Below are positions 5,351-14,737 of a stretch of DNA of 16,006 nt, one piece after another. Under the pieces are notes generated by a model. The model was not told where the DNA came from. It worked only from the letters and a program-made list of their open reading frames with translations, and made no database searches. The position numbers and the translations under genes are program-made. The stretch spans positions 1-16,006 of the forward strand of contig DAOWGI010000008.1 of the NCBI GenBank assembly GCA_030637655.1. Direction: 5' to 3'. Source of the DNA: a candidate division FCPU426 bacterium. GTDB lineage: Bacteria > Oederibacteriota > JAAXVQ01 > JAUVAV01. Position 1 is the first letter of the stretch. Every line of letters begins with the position of its first letter.

Positions 5351-7177
5351 TCATTTGTTTAATTTTCGCAAGGTATATTGTATACGCCTGGCAAGTTCAA
5401 TACCAATACCCTCCACCTTGGCCAATTCTTGCTCCGATACCTGCAGCAAAGACTCCACACTGCCAAAAACACGCAATACGGCTTTTCGTTTCTCAGGACC
5501 TAATCCGAAAACTTTATCTAAATCAGAGATCCGCATTCTGCGACTGCGTATTTTCCGGTGATAGCTGAGAGCAAAACGGTGCGCTTCATCGCGCAAACGG
5601 ATTAACCAGCAAAGCGCCCGGCTGCTTTTAGGCAATACCAAGGGTTTTTGCTGATCCGGTTGATATATTTCTTCTTCTTTTTTAGCCAAACCAATAACCG
5701 GCAAGTGCAAAAGATCCAACTCCTGTAAAACTTTGCGCGCGGCAGACAATTGACCTGCCCCGCCATCCACCACAATTAAATCCGGAGGAGATTCTTCCAG
5801 TGTTTTCATCTTTTTAAAGCGCCGGAACAATACTTCCTGCAACATGGCAAAATCATTTGGTCCTTCAACACTGCGTATACGATACCGTCGATACTTGGCC
5901 TTGTCCGGCCGGCCATTCCAGAACACCACTTGTGAGCCAACCGCATCTTGACCGGCAAGATTTGAAATATCATATCCTTCCACCCTTAAGGGCGGTCCGG
6001 ACAAGTGCAAATGCGCGGCTAAATCTTCCAAAGCTTTACGATCTTCTTCGGACAGTTCCGTGGCTGCTCCCTGCACATTGTGCTTTAAATAGAGCCAGGC
6101 ATTATTCTGTGCCATAGCCAGCAAGCGTTTCTCCTCTCCCTTACGGGGGAGACGAATCCGAGCACCGCCTTCACTCCGGGACTGCAGCCACTGCGCAATC
6201 AGACTCTCTTCTGCCGGTAGGGTGGGTATAATAATGTCCGAAGGAATAGTAACCGGTTGCGAGTAATATTGAGTCAGCACCTGGGATAGAATTTCACTAT
6301 CAGTTTGTGTCCCTATACCCTGCAGATAAAAATGGCGCCGGCCTTCCAAATTCCCGACACGCACATAAAATATTTCCACGGTGGCGGCTGATCCGGAGCG
6401 GGCCAGACCAAAAACATCATGATCCTCGCGTTTGGTTGAACTTACTGTGGGTTGCTGCCGAATTTTTTTAATAATCTCCCTTTGGTCCCGCAACGCAGCT
6501 GCCAATTCAAATTGCCGCTCTTGCGCCGCCTTCCGCATTTGTACTTGCAGTTGCGGTGAAATCGGATCAGCTCCACCCTCTAAAAAACGGATCACTGCTC
6601 TTACATTTCCGGCATATGCTTCAGGCCTAATCTCACCCAGACAAACACCATCACACTGACCCATCTGATAGTACAAACAGCGCCTTTTTCGTTGTTTGTC
6701 CGGTTGTACCGGCTGTTTCACTTGACAGAGCCGAAAATAACGGGAAATGGCACGGACCACTTCCGGCAATGAACCGGTCGCTGCAAAAGGTCCGAAATAT
6801 TTCGCTTCGTCCACAAACGGCTTGCGTGTTGTGATCAAACGAGGAAAAGTTTCAGTTACGGTCAATTTGATATACGGATAGCTTTTATCATCGCGCATCA
6901 TGATATTATAGCGGGGACGATGTTTCTTGATCAGCGTATTTTCCAAAATCAGGGCGTCCACTTCTGAATCTGTGACCATAAATTCAATATTCTCAATTTT
7001 GGCTGCCAGGGCTTGAGTTTTCGGGTCCAGCTTCTCTAGGGACCGAAAGTAGGAGGACAATCGTTTACGCAGTGAGATGGCCTTGCCAATATAAATTATT
7101 TTATTTTTTATATCCCGCAGGAGGTACACGCCGGGACGATCCGGCGGATTCAATTGACGCAACGCTTCGGCCTTCAT
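5351..7177 (-). CDS. uvrC: Excinuclease ABC subunit C
   Basis: GIY-YIG domain (PGVYLLRD...IIYIGKAISLRKRLSSYF), DDKSYPY, UVR coil FELAAALRDQ, RNase H-like GYDISN/VDGG, RLRDEAHRFA, C-terminal HhH. Confidence 0.98.
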   Translation of the reverse strand: MKAEALRQLNPPDRPGVYLLRDIKNKIIYIGKAISLRKRLSSYFRSLEKLDPKTQALAAKIENIEFMVTDSEVDALILENTLIKKHRPRYNIMMRDDKSYPYIKLTVTETFPRLITTRKPFVDEAKYFGPFAATGSLPEVVRAISRYFRLCQVKQPVQPDKQRKRRCLYYQMGQCDGVCLGEIRPEAYAGNVRAVIRFLEGGADPISPQLQVQMRKAAQERQFELAAALRDQREIIKKIRQQPTVSSTKREDHDVFGLARSGSAATVEIFYVRVGNLEGRRHFYLQGIGTQTDSEILSQVLTQYYSQPVTIPSDIIIPTLPAEESLIAQWLQSRSEGGARIRLPRKGEEKRLLAMAQNNAWLYLKHNVQGAATELSEEDRKALEDLAAHLHLSGPPLRVEGYDISNLAGQDAVGSQVVFWNGRPDKAKYRRYRIRSVEGPNDFAMLQEVLFRRFKKMKTLEESPPDLIVVDGGAGQLSAARKVLQELDLLHLPVIGLAKKEEEIYQPDQQKPLVLPKSSRALCWLIRLRDEAHRFALSYHRKIRSRRMRISDLDKVFGLGPEKRKAVLRVFGSVESLLQVSEQELAKVEGIGIELARRIQYTLRKLNK

Positions 7178-7186
7178 CGTTGATCT

Positions 7187-9271
7187 TTACTCCCTACCCA
7201 GGCGACGTGAAATTCGTTTTTCCACCTGCCGCGGAACTTTACGAGTCTTTCTTTTACGTTTCTTCATCTGATTGGCTTGGGGGATAAAAGCTCTACCTGG
7301 ATTAATATTACGCAATTCCGAAATGGCATCCCGCAATTCCGCTGCTTTCTCAAAATCAAGTTTACCGGCCGTCTTTTTCATCTCACTTTCCAAGGCAATA
7401 ATTCTCCGTGGTATTTCTTCCGGAGTCAAATATTCTCCAACCGTTTCGTTGGCAGCCGGGATAGTAAAATAGTCCATCTCGTAGACCGACTCCAGTACAC
7501 TCCGGATATTTTTTTTAATACCCGCGGGTGTAATGTTATGCTCCTTATTGTACTTCAATTGAAGCTCTCGGCGACGATTAGTTTCCGAAACAGCCTTTTG
7601 CATGGAAGGCGTTATTTTATCCGCATACAAAATGACTTCTCCGCCCACATGCCGCGCGGCCCGTCCCATGGTTTGAATTAAGGCAGTGGCGGAACGCAGG
7701 AAACCCTCCTTGTCCGCGTCTAATATGGCTACCAGTGATACTTCCGGCAGGTCCAGTCCTTCCCGCAAAAGATTGATTCCGACCAGACAATTAAATGCAC
7801 CTTCCCGCAACTCACGAATAATTTTCACGCGCTCCAGCGTATTAATATCCGAGTGCAGATAGCGCGCCTTGATTTCCAATTGGGTGAGATGTTCGGTTAA
7901 ATCCTCAGCCATGCGTTTGGTCAACGTTGTGACCAAAACCCGTTCTTGCCGCTCAACCCGGGTACGAATCTCACCTATCAAATGATCCACCTGATTTCCC
8001 AAAGGATGTACAATCACTTTGGGATCCATCAAACCTGTCGGCCGAATAATCTGTTCCACCACATGTTTCCCACTTCGTCCCAATTCATATGCAGCCGGCG
8101 TGGCTGAAACAAAAAGCAGTTGTTTGGCTCGTGCTTCAAATTCTTCAAAATACAGCGGTCGATTATCGTACGCAGAGGGCAAGCGAAATCCATATTCCAC
8201 TAATGACTGCTTGCGCGAGCGATCTCCACTGTGCATTCCGCGTAATTGAGGAATGCTCACATGCGATTCATCCACCACAATCAAACCATCCTCCGGCAGA
8301 TAATCCAATAATGTATAAGGCGGTTGCCCGGGCCGGCGGCCGTCCATATGCCGCGAGTAATTTTCAATGCCCTGGCAGTAACCCAGCTCACGAATCATCT
8401 CAATATCAAATTCCACGCGACGCTTTATGCGTTCCGCTTCCAGAATCTTTCCCTGTTGTTCCAAGGTGGGAGCCCAGGCGGCGACTTCTTCCCGCATGAG
8501 CGAGATGGCTCGCTCAATCCGGTCATAGGGCATCACATAATGCCGGGCCGGATAAATTTTCACTTCCAACAAGCGCTGTTTGACCTCCCCGCTCAAGGGG
8601 TCAATAATGCAAATCTTCTCCAGCATATTTCCGAAAAAGTCAAAACGTACGGCGTTTTCATCATACGCCGGATAGACTTCCACCACATCCCCGCGCACCC
8701 GAAAACGACCGCGATAAAACTCGATATCATTACGCGTATATAGCATTTCCACCAATTTGCGTAAAAATTCATCACGGGAAATCTGTTGACCTTCCGCCAA
8801 CACGCGATACATGTTTTTATATATCTTGGGATCTCCCAGACTAAAAATGCAGGAAACCGAGGAAACTACAATCGTATCCCGACGTTCCAGTAACGAATGA
8901 GTAGCCTCCAAGCGCAATCTATCCAATTCCTCATTAATAGCGGCATCTTTTTCGATATATGTATCCGGACCCGGCAAATAGGCTTCCGGTTGGTAGTAAT
9001 CATAATACGAGACAAAATACCGCACTGCGTTGTTTGGAAAGAATTCTTTAAACTCCCCGTACAATTGCGCGGCCAACGTTTTATTATGAGAGAGCACCAG
9101 GGTAGGCAGTTGCAGCTTTTCAATCACATTGGCAATGGTAAAGGTTTTTCCCGATCCGGTTACACCTAATAGAGTTGCCGCATCTACACCGGCCATGAGC
9201 TTTTTAGTAAGCGCAGTAATGGCTCGGGGTTGATCCCCGCTGGGTTGGTAATCGGAATTTATTTTGAACAT
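7187..9271 (-). CDS. uvrB: Excinuclease ABC subunit B
   Basis: [70 protein letters not shown]. Confidence 0.99.
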   Translation of the reverse strand: MFKINSDYQPSGDQPRAITALTKKLMAGVDAATLLGVTGSGKTFTIANVIEKLQLPTLVLSHNKTLAAQLYGEFKEFFPNNAVRYFVSYYDYYQPEAYLPGPDTYIEKDAAINEELDRLRLEATHSLLERRDTIVVSSVSCIFSLGDPKIYKNMYRVLAEGQQISRDEFLRKLVEMLYTRNDIEFYRGRFRVRGDVVEVYPAYDENAVRFDFFGNMLEKICIIDPLSGEVKQRLLEVKIYPARHYVMPYDRIERAISLMREEVAAWAPTLEQQGKILEAERIKRRVEFDIEMIRELGYCQGIENYSRHMDGRRPGQPPYTLLDYLPEDGLIVVDESHVSIPQLRGMHSGDRSRKQSLVEYGFRLPSAYDNRPLYFEEFEARAKQLLFVSATPAAYELGRSGKHVVEQIIRPTGLMDPKVIVHPLGNQVDHLIGEIRTRVERQERVLVTTLTKRMAEDLTEHLTQLEIKARYLHSDINTLERVKIIRELREGAFNCLVGINLLREGLDLPEVSLVAILDADKEGFLRSATALIQTMGRAARHVGGEVILYADKITPSMQKAVSETNRRRELQLKYNKEHNITPAGIKKNIRSVLESVYEMDYFTIPAANETVGEYLTPEEIPRRIIALESEMKKTAGKLDFEKAAELRDAISELRNINPGRAFIPQANQMKKRKRKTRKVPRQVEKRISRRLGRE

Positions 9272-9314
9272 GTAATCCCCTGATATATATTTATTTTCGA
9301 AGGCAAAATTGATG

Positions 9315-9364
9315 TGTAGGGCGATTCACGCTTGCTCGTCTTTTGGGTATAAATCGCCCCTCCA
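9315..9364. repeat. Degenerate GTAG-family REP-like palindrome upstream of uvrB
   Basis: TGTAGGGCGATT...AATCGCCCCTCCA. Confidence 0.6.
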
Positions 9365-9413
9365 GGAAATATATATAAATTATATAAAATTTGGATATTT
9401 TCCAATCATTTTC

Positions 9414-9451
9414 CTGTTTAATCCGGATACTAACTATTCCGGATTAAACAG
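9414..9451. repeat. Perfect 14-bp inverted repeat (possible terminator or protein-binding site) between the TPR gene and uvrB
   Basis: CTGTTTAATCCGGA (9414-9427), 10 nt, TCCGGATTAAACAG (9438-9451). No U-tract on the minus strand. Confidence 0.7.
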
Positions 9452-9482
9452 AGACACTCAGGTGAGGATGGCACAAAAGGAA

Positions 9483-10691
9483 TCAGAGGTTCTTTTTATC
9501 GTAGATAAGTTTAAGTATTCTGCGGACTTCTTTATTTTGAGGATCCTGCTCGAGAATATTCTGGGCCAAACGCATAGCTTCAATAAGCATATTCTGATGT
9601 ACGTACATTTGCGCCTGGGTTAATAAAATCTGAATATTCCGATCCCGCTCCTCGCGTTTTTCCACTAAAGGTTCGGCTGTCACAGATACTTCGGGTTCTG
9701 CGGCTGAAGATGTCTGCTGTTTCTCCCTTTCCCGGCGATCCTGCACTGCAAAACGAAGCTCTGCTTCAGCGTGTAAACGTAATTTTTCCATATCCGAGAC
9801 ACTCTTGCCGTTCAAACCGCACAAATTTTCGTTACCAGCTTGATTTAATAATTTGGCTGCCTCGGATTCCTTGTTTCCTCTGGGTTTATTTTTACCCGTA
9901 TGTTTAACCTGGTCAAAAATTTTTTTTCGTTCCGAATCAAGCCGGCCCCAGACTTCCGTTAATTTGTCCCTTTGTTTAATCTGGCGGTACATCTGCTTCA
10001 ATTTGTATTGGGCTTTCTCATTTTCCGGTTGAAAACGCAGCACTGTAATGTAGGCTTCCACTGCCTCGTCATGCGCCTGCTTGTTCTCATAATACTCGGC
10101 CATGGCCAACAAATTGGTGACAACCTCTTCATTTTTAATAGTATCCAAGGCCTGCTCTTTTTTGGCTTTCACAGTCCCGGATTTGATTTCCGAAGCAGCC
10201 TGAGCATCCGGCTCCGCTTGCGGTCCCTGTGTTTCAAGCAAACACTCTATTTCTTCCACTTTGGCCTTTAATACTGCCTGATTCGGAAACTTGAAATAGA
10301 GCCGTTCACATATTCCCAAAGCTTCTTCCCAGGAACCGTGTCGCGCCAAACGATCCGCTTCAGCAATCAGCGTATTCACAATCTCTTCCGCCTTGATCTG
10401 AGCTTTTTGATTTTCAGGATCCAGTTTCAGAATTTGCTTGTAGGCCTGAACGGCCTTCTCAAGATTGTTGGTAGCTCCCAACAAATTCGCCGCTTTGTTG
10501 TACTCGCTGATAGCCTCTTGTTTTTCACCCTTGCGGGTATAAATTTCAGCCATCATGTTATGCACTAGAAAGTCCATCGGATCAAGAGCAATGAGTTTTT
10601 TATACTCACTCAAAGCACGCTCCCATTTTCCTTCCTGGAAATAATTGTACGCGACTTTTACAATAACCTTTTTTTCTTCTTGTTCTGTCAT
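9483..10691 (-). CDS. Tetratricopeptide-repeat protein
   Basis: Multiple TPRs (ALSEYKKLIALDPMD, AVQAYKQILKLDPEN, AVEAYITVLRFQPEN, AQNILEQDPQN). Start moved to MTEQEEKK (10691) because a promoter at 10771-10799 puts the transcription start near 10764. Confidence 0.85.
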   Translation of the reverse strand: MTEQEEKKVIVKVAYNYFQEGKWERALSEYKKLIALDPMDFLVHNMMAEIYTRKGEKQEAISEYNKAANLLGATNNLEKAVQAYKQILKLDPENQKAQIKAEEIVNTLIAEADRLARHGSWEEALGICERLYFKFPNQAVLKAKVEEIECLLETQGPQAEPDAQAASEIKSGTVKAKKEQALDTIKNEEVVTNLLAMAEYYENKQAHDEAVEAYITVLRFQPENEKAQYKLKQMYRQIKQRDKLTEVWGRLDSERKKIFDQVKHTGKNKPRGNKESEAAKLLNQAGNENLCGLNGKSVSDMEKLRLHAEAELRFAVQDRREREKQQTSSAAEPEVSVTAEPLVEKREERDRNIQILLTQAQMYVHQNMLIEAMRLAQNILEQDPQNKEVRRILKLIYDKKNL

Positions 10692-10770
10692 ATGTTTAGC
10701 CCGACTATTTAGTTTTAAGGAAGCTGGACCTTCGCCACTAACTTTTTTTGCCAGTTTAAGTATCACTAAA

Positions 10771-10799
10771 ATTATACCCGCCTATCCCCTGACTGACAA
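10771..10799 (-). promoter_or_regulatory. sigma70-type promoter of the TPR gene
   Basis: TTGTCA (10799-10794), 17 nt, TATAAT (10776-10771). Confidence 0.6.
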
Positions 10800-10818
10800 G
10801 GATCAAATTTCGTGTCTC

Positions 10819-10848
10819 TTGACAGCAGCGTTGTGCCTTTGGTACGAT
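10819..10848 (+). promoter_or_regulatory. sigma70-type promoter of cvpA (divergent)
   Basis: TTGACA (10819-10824), 18 nt, TGn-TACGAT (10843-10848). Confidence 0.55.
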
Positions 10849-10899
10849 ATCAGCAGCGATTTATTGCCAAATCATCATCCGAACAAAGGATCATTACCC

Positions 10900-11391
10900 A
10901 TGAACTTTCTTGATATCATTATCGTAGTAAGCATTGCCGTTGGTTTCTTTATCGGTTGGAAACTCAGAGCCATCAATCTCTTTTGTATGGTCATTTCCCT
11001 GGTTGCCGGTATCTTGGTTGCCAATCATTTTCACCCTCAATTGCTCGGATTATTTCGCGATCTGCCCACAGCAGTCAGCCATACCCTGGCTTGGTTAACC
11101 GCTTTCCTGGCTACCGCTGTCACCATTTCCATCATTGGCGGTATTATTTCAAAAGCCTTCGAACTAATTCGACTTAAATGGTTGGACCATCTGCTGGGTG
11201 CAGTCCTGGCCATTACACTAATGCTGGGTTTACTGATTATCAGTCTAACCATTATTGATAATCTCGCGCGAACCTATCGCTGGAAAATCATCGAACACTC
11301 GGTTTTGTCACCCGTATTGCTAAAAATAGCACGCCCCTTGATCTCACAAGGAATTGATAAAATACCCCGGCTTAATAATTTTTTAAAATAA
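10900..11391 (+). CDS. cvpA: CvpA (colicin V production) family membrane protein
   Basis: MNFLDIIIVVSIAVGFFIGWKLRAI...LKWLDHLLGAVL...SVLSPVL, about 4 TM segments. AAAGGA RBS before ATG 10900. The track start at 10645 is over-extended. Confidence 0.85.
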   Translation: MNFLDIIIVVSIAVGFFIGWKLRAINLFCMVISLVAGILVANHFHPQLLGLFRDLPTAVSHTLAWLTAFLATAVTISIIGGIISKAFELIRLKWLDHLLGAVLAITLMLGLLIISLTIIDNLARTYRWKIIEHSVLSPVLLKIARPLISQGIDKIPRLNNFLK

Positions 11392-11406
11392 TATTACGCT
11401 TTGCGA

Positions 11407-11475
11407 ATTTCAGATTTAAACACACACAGCGCAAAATGCAAGTGTTTTCTTTGTTTTTTTAAAATACTGAAATTC
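11407..11475. terminator. Imperfect long hairpin between convergent cvpA and pheS, possible bidirectional terminator
   Basis: Outer GAATTTCAG...CTGAAATTC arms with inner TTTAAA and AACAC/GTGTT pairs and a T-rich run. Confidence 0.35.
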
Positions 11476-11513
11476 AAATTATGGTGCTGGAATTGGTTTT
11501 TAGAACAAAAAAA

Positions 11514-12527
11514 CTAGAATTGTCGCAAAAATCTCAAATCATTTTCAAAAAAATACCGCATATTGTCAATACCATATTTCAACATGGTAATACGCTCAAC
11601 ACCCATCCCAAAGGCAAAACCTGTATATTGCTCCGGATCAATCTTTCCAGCCCACAGCACATTGGGATGAACCATTCCCGCGCCCAATATCTCCATCCAA
11701 CCGGTCCCCTTGCAGAGCGAGCATCCTTGGCCGTGGCAATTCACACAAGTCATATCGATCTCGGCGGAAGGTTCGGTAAAGGGAAAGAAACTGGGTCGAA
11801 AACGCAGATTCGCATCCTCGCCAAACATGCGATGAATAAAAAAAGTAAGCACAGCTTTCAAATCCGTGAACGAGACATTGGTGTCCACCATCAATCCTTC
11901 CACCTGATGGAACATGGGTGAATGCGTCGCATCATCATCACAGCGATATGTTTTGCCGGGCATAATAGCGCGAATAGGCGGTTTCTGTTTTTCCATATAG
12001 CGCACTTGCACCGGCGAAGTATGGGTACGCAACAGCATGCCATCGTCAATAAACAATGTGTCATGCATGTCCCGGGAAGGATGGTCGGCCGGAAAATTCA
12101 TGGCTTCAAAATTATAATACTCAGTTTCCACTTCCGGCCCTTCAGCCACTGAGAACCCCATCACTTTAAAAATCCCCTCAATTTCATGCAAGGTTCGATT
12201 CAGGATATGCTCTCGTCCCATTTCCACGGGACGACCCGGCAAGGTCGCATCGGGTCGAAGCTTGGAATCCGCAGACCAACTGGCGCGTTTCAATACTTGC
12301 ATACGATCATCAAAAACTTGCAATAATTTATTTTTAATATCATTGGCGGCCTGACCAACTATGCGTCTTTCCTCAGACGGCAATGTTTTCAAACCATGCA
12401 GCAAAAGAGTTAGTTGTCCTTTTCTGCCAAGAATCCGAATCCTCAAATCTTCCAGTTGTTTCAAATCCTCAACTTTTTGTGCGGCTTCGCTGCTTTCTTT
12501 ATATATAGCGCCCAATTGCTCTTTCAC
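11514..12527 (-). CDS. pheS: Phenylalanine--tRNA ligase alpha subunit
   Basis: GPEVETEYYNFEAMN, HPSRDMHDT, LLRTHTSPVQ, YRCDDDATHSPMFHQVEG, FRPSFFPFTEPS, CxxC-x3-CxxC insert, GFAFGMGVER. GTG start overlaps the upstream TAG, with GGAGGA RBS. Confidence 0.99.
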   Translation of the reverse strand: MKEQLGAIYKESSEAAQKVEDLKQLEDLRIRILGRKGQLTLLLHGLKTLPSEERRIVGQAANDIKNKLLQVFDDRMQVLKRASWSADSKLRPDATLPGRPVEMGREHILNRTLHEIEGIFKVMGFSVAEGPEVETEYYNFEAMNFPADHPSRDMHDTLFIDDGMLLRTHTSPVQVRYMEKQKPPIRAIMPGKTYRCDDDATHSPMFHQVEGLMVDTNVSFTDLKAVLTFFIHRMFGEDANLRFRPSFFPFTEPSAEIDMTCVNCHGQGCSLCKGTGWMEILGAGMVHPNVLWAGKIDPEQYTGFAFGMGVERITMLKYGIDNMRYFFENDLRFLRQF

Positions 12528-13354
12528 TATGTCCTCCGTGTCCCGGCTATGACGAGACGGCGTTGACGTACTGCTTCATAAATCATAACAGCGCCGGCTG
12601 TTGCCACATTCAACGATTCCATTTCACCGGGCATCGGTATATTTATACTCTGAGAGCATGCCGCAATCACCTCATGATTCAATCCGTTGCCTTCTCCTCC
12701 CAAAACCAAGAGAGTTGGCTGGGTCCAATCTACTAAAGTGTAGGTTCGTCCTTTTTTAGGTACTGAGGCCAGCGTTTGAATCCCAACAGCAAGACATCGG
12801 GATATAGCCTCCAGGGCCACTACTTTTTCTATGGTTGGAAGACGAAAAACAGCGCCAACAGAAGCTCTTAGTATTTTAGGTGATCCGATCTCAGTATTAC
12901 CTTGATTCAGGAGTATGCCCGAACCGTCGGCTGCTGCCATGGTCCGGATTAAGGACCCTACATTTCCCGGATCTTGAATGCCAACCGTTAACAGGCCCAA
13001 AAAACCGGAACCCCCGGTTTTTTCCCAAAAATCCTCGGACTTCCAGACAGGCCGTGCAACTACTGCCAGAATACCTGCTGAATGCTCGGTAACTGCCAAC
13101 ATGAACATTTGTTTTTCCGATACTTTCGCAGTAGGAATACCGGCTGCAGAAAATTGACGAATCAAATCCATCCGGCGCGACCAAAAGGCGTCCGTGCCAA
13201 CCACCGCTTCAAAAGGAATACCATCACGCAGCGCTTCCACCACCAGGCGTTCCCCTTCCAGCAGCGTCAATTGTGAGGCCAAGCGTTCCTTTTTAGAATG
13301 CAAGGACCGGATTTTACCAAAGCGTCTTTTCGATATAGGAGCTAATGCGGACAG
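12527..13354 (-). CDS. TrmH/SpoU family RNA 2'-O-methyltransferase (start uncertain: CTG 13354 preferred over TTG 13303)
   Basis: IQDPGNVGSLIRT, ILRASVGAVF, LVLGGEGNGL, INIPMPGEMESLNVATAG SPOUT motifs. The in-frame upstream segment ISKRRFGKIRSLHSKKER resembles the usual family N-terminus. GGGAGA RBS lies 7 nt before CTG. Confidence 0.9.
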   Translation of the reverse strand: MSALAPISKRRFGKIRSLHSKKERLASQLTLLEGERLVVEALRDGIPFEAVVGTDAFWSRRMDLIRQFSAAGIPTAKVSEKQMFMLAVTEHSAGILAVVARPVWKSEDFWEKTGGSGFLGLLTVGIQDPGNVGSLIRTMAAADGSGILLNQGNTEIGSPKILRASVGAVFRLPTIEKVVALEAISRCLAVGIQTLASVPKKGRTYTLVDWTQPTLLVLGGEGNGLNHEVIAACSQSINIPMPGEMESLNVATAGAVMIYEAVRQRRLVIAGTRRT

Positions 13355-13366
13355 GATTCTTTCTCC

Positions 13367-13726
13367 CTACGCAGCTAGCGCTTGCTTTGCAATAGCAGCA
13401 ATTTCTGTAAACGCCTTCTCATCCGTCACAGCGATCTCTGCCAACACTTTGCGATCAATTGTAATCTCCGCAGATTTCAAACCATTGATAAACTGAGAAT
13501 ACGACAAGCCATTACCGCGTGCAGCAGCATTTATACGGACAATCCAGAGTCCGCGAAATTCTCTTTTTTTGGTACGACGATCACGAGTTGCATAGCGCAT
13601 ACTCCGGCGAACCTGCTCATTAGCTTCTGTAAATTGATTCTTTTTATTTCCCCAATAACCTTTCGCGCGTTTAAATACTTTCTTTTTCCGGGCGCGCGTG
13701 GTTACGCCACCTTTGACTCTAGGCAT
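13367..13726 (-). CDS. rplT: 50S ribosomal protein L20
   Basis: MPRVKGG...AKGYWG...[23 protein letters not shown]...[10 protein letters not shown]. Confidence 0.99.
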   Translation of the reverse strand: MPRVKGGVTTRARKKKVFKRAKGYWGNKKNQFTEANEQVRRSMRYATRDRRTKKREFRGLWIVRINAAARGNGLSYSQFINGLKSAEITIDRKVLAEIAVTDEKAFTEIAAIAKQALAA

Positions 13727-13771
13727 ATTCGTAATTCCTCCTTCACGTAAGTAAAAAAATACCTCAAAATA

Positions 13772-13969
13772 TTAACAATAGGGCAAAACCGCTTTAATAT
13801 TCCGTGCGACGCGACCCTTCACCTCGATATTGCCGCGCATTTGACGCAACTTTTTCGGTTCTTTGTCGCACAACAAATGTCTCCGGCCTGTTGCTTTGGC
13901 TAAAACTTTTCCTGTTTTAGTAACACGAAAACGTTTCGCCGCTTTTCGCTTGGTCTTTAATTTCGGCAT
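13772..13969 (-). CDS. rpmI: 50S ribosomal protein L35
   Basis: MPKLKTKRKAAKRFRVTKTGK...HLL...LPY. AAAGGAG RBS before ATG 13969. The track start at 14041 is over-extended. Confidence 0.98.
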   Translation of the reverse strand: MPKLKTKRKAAKRFRVTKTGKVLAKATGRRHLLCDKEPKKLRQMRGNIEVKGRVARNIKAVLPYC

Positions 13970-14156
13970 TTGGCACTCTCCTTTCTCTAACCAATTCAAA
14001 CAATATAAATGATACCTCACCGCTCCCACGGCGCGTTTCATGATTTCGAAGTAAGTTCAGAATCCCGTCACTTACCCCAGGAAAAAGCGACTACTTCATC
14101 TCAATATTGAAAATTCGCGATTTTGCTGCGCGAGTATCGTTTGAAAGTAATCGTCT

Positions 14157-14681
14157 CTATTTAACTGTAGAATCCGCTTTTTTGGGCGCTACCATCATTA
14201 CCATATTACGGCCGTCCACACGCGGCATAGATTCAACAGCCACTTTGTCCAGTAAATCTTTCACCAAACGATCCAAAATCTTCCTGCCCAAATCAATATG
14301 ATCCATTTCTCGACCGCGAAACATAATCGTCACTTTAACTTTGTTTCCGGCTTCGATGAACCGCAATACATGACCCTTTTTGGTCTCATAGTCATGTGAA
14401 TCAATTTTCGGGCGAAACTTAATCTCTTTCACCTGTATGGTATGCTGGCGTTTGCGAGCTTCTTTTTCCTTTTTGCTCTGTTCAAACTTATACTTGCCAT
14501 AATTAAAGATTTTGCATACCGGGGGTTTGGCTTCCGGGGAAACCTCCACCAAATCCTGATCTTGATCCTCCGACCTTTTCAAAGCTTCAGTTAAAGGCAT
14601 CACGCCCAGCTGTTCCCCGTCACTATTAATAACACGAACCTCACGGGCTTTAATCTCCTCATTAATTCTCTGTTCTTGAAT
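14157..14681 (-). CDS. infC: Translation initiation factor IF-3 with ATT start codon
   Basis: The frame extends upstream of the track's GTG as IQEQRINEEIKAREVRVINSDGEQLG. GGAGG (14693-14689) is 7 nt before ATT 14681 (alternative ATT at 14684). Conserved DLVEVSP, PPVCKI, KEIKFRPKID, IMFRGRE. Confidence 0.97.
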   Translation of the reverse strand: MQEQRINEEIKAREVRVINSDGEQLGVMPLTEALKRSEDQDQDLVEVSPEAKPPVCKIFNYGKYKFEQSKKEKEARKRQHTIQVKEIKFRPKIDSHDYETKKGHVLRFIEAGNKVKVTIMFRGREMDHIDLGRKILDRLVKDLLDKVAVESMPRVDGRNMVMMVAPKKADSTVK

Positions 14682-14703
14682 AATCTCACCTCCACTATTT
14701 TAG

Positions 14704-14737
14704 AAAATAAAAAAGCGGATGATACAAATCATCCGCT
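14704..14737 (-). terminator. Attenuator terminator of the L20 leader
   Basis: AGCGGATGAT-TTGT-ATCATCCGCT followed by TTTTTATTTT on the minus strand. Confidence 0.85.

Noticed and set aside
10645..10899. N-terminal extensions of cvpA (from 10645) and the TPR gene (from 10766) in the ORF track
   Set aside because: They overlap each other and the divergent promoters. Downstream ATGs (10900 and 10691) fit better.
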